Position numbers and translations under genes: made by a program. A stretch of DNA of 43,399 bases, from NCBI GenBank assembly GCA_010093995.1, contig ML992516.1:433413-476811 (forward strand), given 5' to 3'. Positions 20,740-33,008 of the stretch are shown one piece after another (position 1 is the stretch's first letter; every line of letters begins with the position of its first letter). Below the pieces are notes generated by a model. That model saw only the letters and a list, made by a program, of their open reading frames with translations, searched no databases and was not told the DNA's origin. The DNA is from Elsinoe ampelina. Lineage: Eukaryota.

Positions 20740-22656
20740 ATGGCCATGTCAATAATTACAGGACTTTTGTCTCTTGCATCTTTGGTTACAGCACAACAGA
20801 CGACACAACAGGGCAACTCAATCAACCTCCGACCTCAAGCATTACCTTCTGGTAGATTCTCAGATTTCATCGACCCATCATTTGCAGGATTCGGGATAGA
20901 GCCTTCAAACCTCTTTTCATTCACTGGATATGATAAACCAAATCAATTATCATTCAACCTCATCGACACACTCACAAACTACACTGGCGCACCGCCACAT
21001 ATCCGATTGGGTGGCAACACACAGGATTACATGATCTATGATGAAGGACAGAATCAATACACATGGATCAACAATCCGAATGCGACTGGACAGGGTGCTC
21101 TTGCCACCGACCACATGCTTATTGGGCCAAAGTTCTTTGAAGTCGTCAACAGATTTCCATACGGCACTCCAGTGACCTGGGGTCTTAACTTGGCCTACAA
21201 TGATCCAGACTATAGGGATCGTCTCACTGTCATGGCCCAGCAAGTGGTTGATAACCTGCCCAACGTCAAGCTGGTGTCATTCGAGATTGGTAACGAACCT
21301 GACCTCTATCTCGGCAATGGATTCAGGACCGGTGAATGGGGTGGTCGTGTATATGCTCAGCAGTGGCTAGCTCGTGCTCAGACAGTCTATGATCGCGTGC
21401 TTAAACCTCTCAACATCACACCCAACTTCTTCGAGCCCGGTGCTACTGCCAGCACGATCGGTACATCTTTCCAGATTTCCGACATGATCGAGCTTGGGAT
21501 TACTGCGACGGCCAACAACACTGATAGCACCTCGACCTTCATCTCGTCTTGGAACCAGCACGACTACTATTACTTTGTCGGAGTCACTAGGAGCCCGCTG
21601 ACCCTAGAAGAGTTCATGACGCTACAAACCACCAACGTGCAGTTTCGCGCCTGGGAGGAGCAGATTGACCAGGCAAACGACACGCCCTACCCCTATGCTC
21701 TCCGCGAGATGTGCTCTGTTGGTCCGATCGGCATGGAGGGTATCACCAACACCTTCGGTGGTGCTCTCTGGACCCTCAACTTCTTCATGTACGCAGCGAC
21801 CCTCAACATTACCTCCGTGCAAATGCACATGACCGACAACTCCAACGCATCAGCCTGGCAACCACTAGAAATGTACGGCCGCCAACCCTTCGTCCGTCCC
21901 TCCTACTCTGCCTACGCCGCATTCGCCCAAATCATCGGACCCAGCTGCAAGACCCAAATCGCCCCGCTCGACCTCGGTCCTCAACCCTCATCCTACCAAG
22001 GCAAAATCAAGACCTACTCCATCTACGAAGCCTCCCAACTCACCACCATCGTCATCATCAACGCCCAAATGGCCAACGTCTCCCAGCAAACCAAAGCTTC
22101 ACTGACCGTGACCCTAACCCTCCCCACCAACTTCGCCGGCCAAGACCTCCACCTCTCCTACCTCACCGCGCCAGGAGCAGACGCGACAGCCGACACAGTC
22201 TGGAACGGCATTTCCTACGAACGCTCGGGCGACGGCACGCCCGAGACAATCGACCAGACCGACCGCACAGTGCGCATCGGTCAAGACGGCACCGCCACGC
22301 TGCAAGTGCGGGACTCCGAGGCGTTGGCGGCCAGGATCGGTTCCCGTGTCGGCGGCGGCGGCGGAGGAGAGCCGGATCGGACGGCGTGCGCTGCTATTGC
22401 TGCGAGGAGCCAGGCCATTGGTCCCACGCCCGTGACGAGCGGTGTGGATGGGGAAGGCGGTGATGGGGGTTCGGGCTCGGGCTCGGGCTCGGGCTCGGGG
22501 ACAGGGACAGGTACAAGCGGTGGCGATGGAGATGGGACACAGAGTCGTACGGGTGGCAGCGCGACGGGGACACCCACTGGCGCTGCGGGGCGGGGGGCGG
22601 TGACCTGGTCGAGCTTCGTGGCTGTTGTGGCAGGAGTGGGTATGGTATTGTTGTGA
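20740..22656 (+). CDS. Glycoside hydrolase family 79 (beta-glucuronidase-like), secreted, probably GPI-anchored, ~638 aa
   Basis: Signal peptide MAMSIITGLLSLASLVTA; IRLGGNTQD, FEIGNEPDLY (acid/base), LREM (nucleophile region), TFGGALWTLNF; Gly/Ser/Thr linker and hydrophobic tail. Confidence 0.88.
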   Translation: MAMSIITGLLSLASLVTAQQTTQQGNSINLRPQALPSGRFSDFIDPSFAGFGIEPSNLFSFTGYDKPNQLSFNLIDTLTNYTGAPPHIRLGGNTQDYMIYDEGQNQYTWINNPNATGQGALATDHMLIGPKFFEVVNRFPYGTPVTWGLNLAYNDPDYRDRLTVMAQQVVDNLPNVKLVSFEIGNEPDLYLGNGFRTGEWGGRVYAQQWLARAQTVYDRVLKPLNITPNFFEPGATASTIGTSFQISDMIELGITATANNTDSTSTFISSWNQHDYYYFVGVTRSPLTLEEFMTLQTTNVQFRAWEEQIDQANDTPYPYALREMCSVGPIGMEGITNTFGGALWTLNFFMYAATLNITSVQMHMTDNSNASAWQPLEMYGRQPFVRPSYSAYAAFAQIIGPSCKTQIAPLDLGPQPSSYQGKIKTYSIYEASQLTTIVIINAQMANVSQQTKASLTVTLTLPTNFAGQDLHLSYLTAPGADATADTVWNGISYERSGDGTPETIDQTDRTVRIGQDGTATLQVRDSEALAARIGSRVGGGGGGEPDRTACAAIAARSQAIGPTPVTSGVDGEGGDGGSGSGSGSGSGTGTGTSGGDGDGTQSRTGGSATGTPTGAAGRGAVTWSSFVAVVAGVGMVLL

Positions 22657-22874
22657 CTCGATCGGCGGCTTCGATGGGGAAGAGCTGGTCGGGGGAGGAG
22701 CTGGAGCCAGAGGGAATGCGGAGAGGGGGGAGTAATGTCTACAGCACAGAAGGATCAGGGTTTCTTTCTGGAACATATACGAGGAATAGATACAGAGAAA
22801 CGAAACCCAGAATGTACATACCCACCTTTAATTTTCCCTTTCCACCCTCCCTCGCCTTCCTTCCCAGGGTGTGT

Positions 22875-23861
22875 CTACGCTTTGATAGCATCCAACACAG
22901 CGGTATACGCCGCTTTCGGAGCGAATGCATCGTCGAACAGCAAAGGCGTCGAGCTGGCCCGCCAACTATCCGTGTCCCTCACACCCCAGCTCGTGATCCC
23001 CACGCAGTTCTCCACCGCCAAACAACCCTGCACGACCCGTGCATAGTCCTCCGGCGCAGCCTGTCGTATATCCAGCTCAGTGACTGCACACTCGGGCACC
23101 ACGGCACAGATGGCTTTGAGAGCTCCAGAACTACCTGTCGAACTGGGGAACTTACTACCAGCCTCGAGATGTGACTGGCTACCTATACCATCGATAGGCA
23201 CGCCCGCTTCCCGCCAGGCTTTGACGCGGTTGATCAGCCCCGTCGTCTTGCCGTACGTGGCAGAGTCGAGATTATACTCATTGATCCAGAGCTTGGCGTC
23301 CGGGTCGGCTTTTTTGGCAGCCGCAAAGGCGAGGGGGATGTACTCTTCTCCGATCACGGTGAGGAAGACGCTGGACCGGAGGGTGCCGTCTTCGTTGAAA
23401 GCTTCGTTAACCACGTCCCAATCTGCGATTTTGCCTTTCCACCGGGTCATGACGGTTGTGATATGGTTCTCCATTACGCTGATTAAGTCGTCGCGATCGG
23501 TGATGGCGGACACCCAGGCTGGTAGTTGGGAGTGCCAGACCAGCGTGTGACCGCGGATGCGCTTTTGGTTGGTCTCCGCCCAATCGACGAGGTAATCGGC
23601 GCCTGTCCATCGGAAGGTGTTGCGGGAGGGCTCGAGGGAGTCCCATTTCATGCTGTTTTCTGGGGTGACTTGACCGAACTCTTTCGCCGTGAGGGCTGGG
23701 CCGGCATTGCTGGTAGTGAGGCGGTTCTGGTCGGCGCAGGTGCCCCAGTAGAGCTTGCCGCGGGATTTGAAGGACGAGTCGAGGGTGGTATTGGCTTGAC
23801 GGGGGAGGAGGAAGGGAGAGGCCAGGGCGAGAGATGGCAAGAGGAGGGTGGGAAGCAGCAT
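22875..23861 (-). CDS. Endo-1,4-beta-xylanase, GH10, secreted, 328 aa, intronless
   Basis: Signal peptide; [28 protein letters not shown] (acid/base), [15 protein letters not shown] (nucleophile). Confidence 0.95.
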   Translation of the reverse strand: MLLPTLLLPSLALASPFLLPRQANTTLDSSFKSRGKLYWGTCADQNRLTTSNAGPALTAKEFGQVTPENSMKWDSLEPSRNTFRWTGADYLVDWAETNQKRIRGHTLVWHSQLPAWVSAITDRDDLISVMENHITTVMTRWKGKIADWDVVNEAFNEDGTLRSSVFLTVIGEEYIPLAFAAAKKADPDAKLWINEYNLDSATYGKTTGLINRVKAWREAGVPIDGIGSQSHLEAGSKFPSSTGSSGALKAICAVVPECAVTELDIRQAAPEDYARVVQGCLAVENCVGITSWGVRDTDSWRASSTPLLFDDAFAPKAAYTAVLDAIKA

Positions 23862-24515
23862 GGCGGGTGGTAGGTATCGTCTGTTGGTTTGGACGGGGAG
23901 TGATATGGAGGTCAGGGAAGAAAGAGAGGATGACAGACCTTTATCTTTGTTGGATGGAAGAACCCATATTGTTTGCCAACTCGAATCATGCTCCGGGAAC
24001 CAGATGTGACAGGTGCTAAGCGATGCCTGCAGGTGGAGAGATGAAACAGGTTGGTATATCTCTGCTGGGCGGTATCATGCTAGTATCTTGTTCAGCATCA
24101 CAGCCGGCATTTCTGTGCGATCAGCATCAGTGGACTCTCCTACCTTTCCCTCCCACTTATCATCGCTGCGCTTATTGATGGAGATCTTGACTTTTCGTGA
24201 TGCTGATAATCCAAGAAGAAGTTTTGTGACAGTCTTCGTTTCACATTGATGGACCCACACGACCCTCGACGTCTCGGCGGCCAAAATGGCATTCCGTCCA
24301 GCCAAACCCTTTGCCATGCACGCCGGGTCGCACCTTGCATGAGCCTAGACTATTTCAAGAACAAGGGCATACTGCTTCCGATGCAAGAACAGGTAGATGG
24401 ACGTCTATTCACCTGGCATCCAGACTGCATACAGCAAAGATGTGCACATCACATGATCTGATATATGCTCAAGGTATAGAACCATACACAAATCTACCGC
24501 CTCTGCCCATCCAAT

Positions 24516-25783
24516 CTAAGGGTTCTCCTTGACAAACTTGACACCCTTGGCAATGTTGCCCTTGAGATCCTTCAAGCAAACATCCAAAAGTCCCTGCTCG
24601 TACTCGGTGACCTTGCCGACTGGGTGAATTTTCTCCACACCATCTGGGCCGAGCTCGACGTTGCTGGCAAAGTACTCGACACCCTGGTCCTTGTAGAGCG
24701 GGCTCTCGACAAAGGTAGGCTCAATGACACCCTTCTGTCCCTGGCTGGCCTTGAGGAGAGACTCGGCGAAACGAGCACCGGCCATGGCCATGGAGAGGGT
24801 AGCTGATCCAGCACCGTCCTTGGCCTTGACGACCTCGTCACCACCGAATTGGACACGGTTGATGTAGGTGTCGCGCTCGGAGCCTTCGAGGTTGTGACCT
24901 GCCTGGCTGAGGACAGGGACGATGGTGGCGCCAGAGTGACCTCCGACGACGAGGATGTTCTCGTTGGCTGGGTCGTTACCCTTGAGTTCGGAGATGAAGC
25001 GGGAGGCACGGACAACGTCGAGGGTGGTGACACCGAAGAGACGCTTGGGGTCGTAGACACCCTTGGACTTGAAGACCTCGGCGGTGATCGGGACGGTCGA
25101 GTTGACCTATGATTGTTAGACAGTCTCGGAGAACTAAGGGAGAATACATACCGGGTTGGAGATGATCAAGACCTTTGCCTTTGGTGCGTGATCTGCAACA
25201 GCCTTGGCCAAGTCGCGGACGATGGAGGCGTTGGTGTTGAAGAGATCTAGCTTATCTCAGTGTGTGTCTTGAAATTTTCGTCTCTTGTCAATACCATCAC
25301 GGGTCATGCCAGGCTTGCGAGGAACACCGGCGGGAATGAGAACAATCTCGGCTCCCTCCAAGCATGCCTTGATACCAGCAGAGTCGGGAGCGTAGCCCTT
25401 GACCTGTCCCGTGTCAGATTGTATCCTTTTGCCAATTCCCATCTTCTCTTACAGTGCTCTTGGTGTTGATGTGTGATACATCAGCGGCGACACCTATTGT
25501 CTTGATATCAGCCCATGTCGTACGAGATCGAATGGCGTCATACCAGGGCCACCCTTGATATCGTAGAGGGCGAGGTCGGTGACACGGGGGTTGAGCTTGA
25601 GGAGGAGCGACAGAGGTTGCCCAATGCCACCGGCGGCACCGAGAACAGCGACCTTGGAGTCCTGTATACCAAGTCAGACATGTTCGGCTCGGCGGGTAGC
25701 TTTGGTTGAGAGCTTACGAGTCTGGCGGTGGTGGAGAAGGCGCGACGGCCGAAAAGGCTGGATGCTGAGCGAGCGGCGAACAT
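24516..25783 (-). CDS. MDH1: Mitochondrial malate dehydrogenase, 339 aa. Exons 25783-25718, 25661-25544, 25493-25453, 25403-25295, 25246-25152, 25106-24516
   Basis: Presequence [88 protein letters not shown]; five GT-AG introns of 45-56 nt give 1020 coding nt. Confidence 0.96.
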
Positions 25784-25886
25784 TGTGGATATTATGAAGA
25801 GGATGAAAGGTGAATTGAGAGATGTGGAGATGGAGATCTATCGGTTGTATGCTGGTCGTGTTGCTGGCGGGAAACTTTTTGCATCC

Positions 25887-25919
25887 CCGAGGACGGAGCT
25901 TGGGCCACGTTATCCGAGG
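25887..25919. promoter_or_regulatory. Two CCGAGG cores upstream of MDH1
   Basis: CCGAGG at 25887-25892 and 25914-25919, ~105-135 bp before the ATG. Confidence 0.35.
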
Positions 25920-27026
25920 TTCACCGATGAATGGTATACTGCTCTTAAGTTTTCTACGGCGTCACTCGTCATTTTCATCGAGAAGACTTTCGACGACTGG
26001 TATACGACACCAATTCTATACTATTACCACAAGTCGAAACAAAATACCAGTCACGTGACCATCTGCGACCTCTCAATCAAGCTCTGCCTAATCTGAAACC
26101 TTCCACGCTCGACACCATCTTCGACAGAGGTACCCGAGAATGACTGAGATGAGACAAGTTCGACCATCTTTGACAACATCGAACGATGCCAGGGGTATGA
26201 AACAATGATCTTCAATGCTTGGAAAGGAGATGTTGTACCTGAACCTGTTCATTCTCGGCATGATATGGGGGCACTACCAGCCGAGATACGAGAGACACGA
26301 GACAGACTTTACAGAAATGGTAAACTGGTAGGTAGGAAGCCATATTCATCTCTTATTACTGCTTCATGAATCTATTGCTAAATAGCAATGCGTCTTCTTC
26401 TGTATAAAAAGCGACAGGGTATATCCCAAAAAGAAAAACCACACCGACCACTGCGTCTATCTCAACGAGTGCCATAAAACTCCATCCAACCAGTGGGGGT
26501 ATCAGACTCCAGAACGAACAAGAACAATGCGACAGCCTTCTACCATGTCTGGTCTGTTGATCCGTGTTCTACCCGAGAACATGCTGCGATCCTCGAAAGA
26601 AAAAAAAACGCCGATCCATCTCCTTCACCACTTGATTGCAAGAACCGAAAGACGCCTTGCGAGAAGATGAACCGAGGAAGCTGTACAATAAGAGAAGCGC
26701 CGTGGCTGACAGAAAAAAAAAAGAAAGAAGAGCGATGATGATGCCAGTCTCCAGCTGATCAGAAACAAAGGTCCGACTTGCGCAATCATGTTGCAGATGA
26801 CCCAAGATCATCCATCCCAAGCAGGATCAGATGCGACTCGTTGCGAGATAAAAAGAGACGGAATGGGCGAAGAGGGTGTCCCGATCTAGTTAGTCTCAAT
26901 CCAGATCCCACCGGCCAAGCCACACCGGGACTTTCCGAAAAATGGTCAGAAGGACGGTCGGGTCGCAGATCACCCGACTACAAGCCTCAACCTTTGTCGC
27001 GTCGCGTGAGATCCACTATTGCGCGC

Positions 27027-29227
27027 TCATGATTGACCACGGGAGTTGTAATCAGGCATGCCGTAGTTGTACCCCAACGATTGGCTGATGGACGGGATGC
27101 GCTCATGTCGACCACCCATCGGGAGACTGTTGCCGCCTTCCAAGAATGAAGTAAAGTCAAATGATGGTCGTCCGCTGCCAGTCTCGCCTGACATGTAGTT
27201 GGATGTCGGCTGATGCCAGGAAACTGCTTGTGACATTGTGACGGGTGGTCCTCCTGACACTGCCATCATGGTTTGGGATGGTAGAGTGGTGGGTGGCATT
27301 GATTGAGTAGGGTAGTGCATGGGTCCAGGAACTGATGCTGGTTGAGGAGATCTTGATGCGCTGGCATGTCCTCCGATCGATGGCATGGACGATGGAAGAG
27401 CTCCAGCGGGAGATGCAAACGTAGCAGACTGTAAATCGATGATCAGTATTGTGTACAATGTGGGTGTAATCAGGTATAGATAACTCACGTATTTCCCAAT
27501 AATCTTCTTCAATGCATGACTGAGGATTCTCCACGGGAATACCTTGACATCCTTTTCGATATTGCGCGGCTTGGGGCTGGGGAATCCCATGATGATCTTG
27601 AAGAACTCTTCACACTCGGCTCGGGTTTTGCTGACTGTCATTGGTCGGAACCCTTCCAGGTTACGCCGAATCCGGTTCTTTTCCTCAACGGTGAAACGGA
27701 CAGCCACGAGTGACTCTAGCAGCTGGATCGTGTCGACACTGGTGATGTAACATGCCTGCTTCTCCTTCCACCAGATGCAGTTGACATAGATGTTGCCAGG
27801 AGCGCGCGCGTGATCTTCGGGTGTGACCGGTTCAAAGGTAGCATTGATGGTACTGCCTGCCTGGTTGCGTCGGAAGCGGACAAGACGACGATGGGCGGAG
27901 ATTTCATCTTGGGTCCAGCCTTCAGCCATGGAGTTGAGGTCACCGTCGAGTTTGAGGATTGCCTTGTTGGTGTTGGTATACATACTACCTGGGTAGAAGG
28001 TGCTTGCTGGCATGCCTGGGCTGCTATCTTGGAGGGTGGATGTGCGGACAAGAGTGGGAGCGGTGACACCGGATGTGGATGGTAGGTGTCCGGCCATGCT
28101 TGTTGCAACACCTGGACGTTCTTGAATGTAACCGGTGAAGCCGTGGTACTCTGGAGGCTGAACGGACAGGTGAGATGCGGCAGAGACTGGAGATGCGCCG
28201 TAGCGAGGAACATTCTGTTGAGGAGACTGAAAGTTCTGAGGACGAGTCGGAGTATGAGCGTAAGCGTAGTTGACCGGCTGAGGAGGGTTTGAGTATGGTT
28301 AGAGTGTATTGGTCGACATGGGAGAAGATGTGACATTGTCAAACTCTCCAGCACGAAGGTTTGTGTTCATACGCTTTCCGGGGGATTGCTCGGTATGTTC
28401 AGGCGACAGTTTACGCTTTCGCGACAAGCTTGGTGTTGGAGAACCCATGAAGCTGGTCGCATCGGTATAGTTGTAAGTACCGAATGCGACAGCCATGCCT
28501 GGGTTTGTACCGTCGTTGGTATCGAGGGAGAGAGAGACGTTGGTATTGGAAGATCCGGTAGAGTCAAAAGCAGGTACGTCGACTGAAATAGCGTAGTTTC
28601 CTGGTTGATTTGGTCCAGTCAACTTTGAGAGCATACCAGAACAGCGGCGGCTTCCGAAGAGGACTGTAGGTAAAGAGTTGGAAGTCTCCAAGTCTTGTGT
28701 AGCATTGAGATAGACAAAAAGCTTGCGACCTGCAGGACCTTGAGCTGGTGTAAAGTTGGTAACTTCTGTGCGAGGTGCGAAATTCTGGAATGTATTTTGC
28801 TGGTTGTATGCGTCATGCGCTTCGTACTGTTCACCAGACAGGAGAGGCAAGTCTGAATTTGGTAGACCAGATGGTACCTGCGCATGAGTATTCATGTATT
28901 GCCCGTCAAAAGTAGGTTGACCATATCCGGGATAGTTTGATGTCTGATTGGGTCTCGTGGTGGCGTTGTAGTCTAATCGGTCGATTGTCAGGTCATGAGA
29001 CCCTGAAGTGGTCTGCTGAGTAAACTCACCATATATCTCCTGCTTTTGATAGCCCGACATTGAGACCAGACTTTCGTAACCTCCTGTTGGTGATCCTGAT
29101 TGACTATTGGCGGATACAATGGCTTCTGGTGGAATACCGGTCTCGTCGTCTACAATGAGTGGTCCTCTGCTATCAGTCTGGACCTGGTCAGTCTCGGGAG
29201 GACAAGGGTTCAGAGTACAATTACCAT
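27027..29227 (-). CDS. medA: Medusa developmental regulator (MedA/Acr1/Ren1 family) with an in-frame TAA at 28299-28301. Exons 29227-29225, 29177-29030, 28972-27489, 27428-27027
   Basis: Conserved domain KAILKLDGDLNSM..RRLVRF..CIWWKEKQACYITSVDTIQLLESL..RFTVEEKNRIRRNLEGFRPMTVSK..PKPRNIEKDVKVFPW..ALKKIIGKY; introns 27429-27488, 28973-29029, 29178-29224. ORFs 28299-29060 and 27027-28097 are in the same frame, separated by one stop. Start could alternatively be 29060. Confidence 0.88.
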
Positions 29228-31581
29228 GTGGTTGGAAATACTGAGAGGCTGGTAGAGACAGCTCTCTCAGATTTGGGTCTTGAAAGGTTTTTGTAAGGAC
29301 TACCAGCGTCCAGATGATCTATTGGCAATGTTCCAGATTCGAAACCGATATAGTATGACCGTCTACCAGGACAGGAAGAACCCAGAAGGCTGGATATGAC
29401 GATGAAAGACAGGAGTTCGCAGCGGAATATGCGGGTGGATTGACAGGGATGTTGACCAATAGGGTAGAAAGATGCGGCGTTTGTAGTTGCACACCTGGAA
29501 AGAATGGCTGGAACAGTATTGAAAGAATGATCAAGGATGATGTCTATATTTGTCAGTATGGTATGACTTTGGACAGAATATACTGACCAAAGAACTCCTA
29601 CACCTCACATGCAAATCGTATATACAGAACTGTAAGACAAGAAGGGATCTTTGATCAGTCTTGTAGTCCAAAAGGTATCTACCAGTTGAAGTGTCAAGGT
29701 GAATTGACAGGTCGGATAGTGAGACAAGGCGGGTGGATGTCCTGCAGGTATCCGCGTGGTATAGGCTTTCTTGGATTGCTTGCGTGGGGGGGGTGTTGTC
29801 GTCTTTTGAGTCAAGAGGTTATGGATTGTTTCGGATCCAATTATGGTATATCGTTGGGTGTTATCCAAGTAGTCCAGGTAATCCAGTGATCCACAAGAGT
29901 GACAGACCAAAATTCGACAGTGGTTCTTTCCCCAAGAGTGTAAGTTCCGGATAGTAGGGAAGAAGCAAAAGGATTAATCCACAAAATGGGAGGTGACATG
30001 TACAAAAGAATGATCGATTACCAGTACATCGGTTCTGGCGTCAGAGGCTACACTCTGGTAGATAAAAACGGTCGAGCCATTGGAAAAGACGAAATCCCTC
30101 CCCCGTCTTGAAAGTATGGAAAGGCAAAGCATACGGTAGCGCCAGCCGGAATCGGGTGCCAAACGTTGGAGATGGAAAGAACGGGCTCGTGATGGGGGAC
30201 ATGGGAAGTCTACAAGTCGTACAGCCGTTGTAGAGGTCGGTGCGTAGCGTGTGAAGCGGGCAAACGCTATTTCGGGACCGGTCATGGCGCTTTTGGTCTT
30301 GACGAGGGTAAGAGGGGGGTGATGCCGTGATCTTCTGGATGATCCTCATGGGAGGATTTTGTGGTTGATCATTTAGCATGTCGATCCTTTGGATACAAAG
30401 CCATCTGGGCCGATATCTCTCTTGACAGCCAGTACGTCGCAGACTGGATAGAAAAGACGGTTCTTCGTTTGAACAAAACCGGTGTCCGTCTGCCGGACAT
30501 ACCGTGCAAGGACAAGCGACTGCCGTGTGTGGTCAACACCCAAGTGACGCCTCTTTTTGCCCATAGTGTGAGCCAATGCGGTTACCACGCGAGGCGGCGT
30601 AAACCTGGCCCACTGGAGGACCCAAAGAGGCGACTTGGTAGAGTTTAGTACGCAGATCATGCCATGTCAGATCCAGTGTGGTGGGATGCTGCATGTACAG
30701 AGGGTTCCTGCGTTGTGATCTACTTGAAGCATGGGCCATTTGGAGAGCCTGGAGAGATTCTGCGACAGTAGCTCTTCGTTTTATGAATACTGATCGGCGG
30801 GATGCATAGAGGGCTTGCATGATCAGGCATTGGTCAGGCAGAGGAGAAGCAAAAAAAAAAGGACAAACCCTCAATTCTCGGGTCAGCTCTTCTCCTCGGT
30901 TGACCTTCGGGGCTTTTTTTTGTCATGTCGGTCTTCAAATCCCAATCTGGAACCTCTCTTTCCCTTTTTGGAATTTGGGCATTGACCATTTGAGAGCTTT
31001 TGATTTCTGATTGGTCACTTTTCCTCCTTTTTCCCTCTCACTATTGACTTTACCTTGTGCACCTCATCACCACCTTCAGGGATCCTACTCAGGGCAGGTC
31101 CGGCAGGAACATGTCAACCAAGGTCATGTGGTTATAGCCACCAATCTGTTGTGGTCAAAGAGTTCAATATGAAATTTCCCCCTATTCCTGCCCGCCGCAT
31201 CCTCCCGTTATGTATCCTCAGTTTGCATATCATTGTTCAGAACATCTTCATTTCTGTATACTTTTGCTATTCCCATACTTTCACTCGCATTCGCTTTTTG
31301 TTACGCTCCTATCGTTTCGTGCCTTTAGCGCCGGCTAACGGTATGCGATGAAAAAGACTCAACCTCTGACGAACACCGTTGCAATCGATTATTTGCCGTT
31401 GACCAACGACTATTCAACGGTGTAGGAAAGGCTATTGACCGCAGCATCGTCATACTCGGTCCTCCAATACCCAGCCAATTCGTCTGTTCTTCCCGCCGCG
31501 TTGACGATTTCTGTCAAGTATCCGTTGACCCACTTTTTGGTGGCCTCTTCCACGTGTTTCCTGCGTAGTCGTTTTTTTCCC

Positions 31582-33008
31582 TCAATGCATTTCATCGTCG
31601 TCGATCTGTTCGACCTCTGTCTGTGCTTCATCTTCTTTCTCTTCGTCCGTCTGTTGGGTGTTGAGTTGTCCTTGCCTAGACTTGACAGCGATAGGATCTC
31701 CAGCAAGGCAAAGGCGTTTCCAATTACGGAATAGAGCATCAGGCTGTGAATAGTCAGTGTGTGATCTACGACCGTGATACGTAAGACTTACAGTGTAAAG
31801 CATGCCTCCCATCTCTTCAACCTTTTCTGCCACGCGTCCCCACAACTCGTCAGCCATCTGTTTGTCGACCTCAATCTTGGCTTGGAAGAGGACGATTGCA
31901 TCTTCGTCATTGATGGTGACAAAGTTGGTCTTCATCCTGTTGTAGCGGTTGGGTAAGGTGGACTTGCAGTCGGTGTGTAGTCCAGAGATCTCGCCGTACC
32001 TGGCAGTGATGGTGTCCCAGTCTTCTCCGGCCTGCACATGGTCAGTTACGTGAAAGTCGGTCAAGGAGAGCGTGCCTACATCTCTCATGTCGATGAGTGC
32101 CTTATCCGCTTCGTTACATTCTGCGTATGATTTTGGGATCGGCTGCTTGGCTATGGGAGGCTTGCTTGGTGCCTGTCCAGGTCAGTGATCTTATCAACAG
32201 CAATCTCAGACATGGTTACCTTGCGCTTCCTGGCAGTACCGCGAATCGTCGTCCTTGATTTGTAGACTACCATTTGCATATTTTGATCGCCATCCTCGTC
32301 CTTGTACTCCTCACCGTCATCGCCAGCATCACAGGCACTCTCTTCGGAGCTCTCGACAAGCACCGCCTTGCCTCTCTTCTTGGTCGGCGCCGGCGTTGTC
32401 TTTACTGCGCTGCGTCTCTTGCCACTGATGGCTTTGATGAAAGCAGCCTCATCGTCAGACTCTTCGGCGACCTGAGCCTTCTTCGCGGTAGCAGCAGGGG
32501 TCTTCTTAGCAGTTGTGACTGCGCCTGATGGAGTCGCAGTAGTCTTGGCTGCCGGAGTTGAGACCTTGCCTGGCGCTGTGGCTGGCATTGACTTCAATGA
32601 CCTCACCTTGGCTGCTGCAGTGGACGACTTGGATGCCAGACTTCTCACCGCGGCTGTTGAAGTCTTTCCCTTTGATGTTGGAGTGGGCGCTTTGGTTGCG
32701 GCATCATTGGTCTTGGTCGCTGGAGTCGCGGTCTGTCTTTTGATTGAGGCTGTAGTCTTCTGGGTTGTCTGTGAGTTCCTGACCTTCTTCGGAGCAGTGG
32801 CTGGTTCTTCGTTCTCGTCTGGTTCTTCCTCGGCGACCTTCTTGCGCTTGCCTTTGTTTGAGGCAGAAGGGGTCTTCTGTGCCATCGTTGTCTTTGATGT
32901 ACCAGTCTTTGGTACTGATGGAGTGGTCTTGTTGTTGCTGCTTGCAGCCTCTGTCGTCTTCTTTCTCGGAGCGATCGGTGTGTCGTCCGAGTCGCTGGTA
33001 GAAGCCAT
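31582..33008 (-). CDS. Hypothetical nuclear protein, ~427 aa; Lys/Thr/Ala-rich N-terminus and Myb/SANT-like C-terminal helices. Exons 33008-32220, 32172-32080, 32031-31792, 31743-31582
   Basis: Three 47-48 nt introns with CTGAC branch sites keep frame; IPKSYAECNEADKALIDMRDAGEDWDTI..KSTLPNRYNRMK..LWGRVAEKVEEMGG..LFRNWKRL. Confidence 0.75.

Noticed and set aside
21711..23550. Long alternative-frame/antisense ORFs over GH79 and GH10 (also over TRP5, CAT2, amine oxidase)
   Set aside because: Shadow ORFs produced by GC3-biased codon usage of the real genes.
24400..24518. Cryptic peroxisomal PTS1 on MDH1 via readthrough
   Set aside because: Stop context TAG-ATT is not the TGA-CTA type and no short SKL-like extension follows.
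29228..31400. Short ORFs in the long region upstream of medA
   Set aside because: No coding-like composition or motifs; more consistent with an extended promoter/5' UTR.
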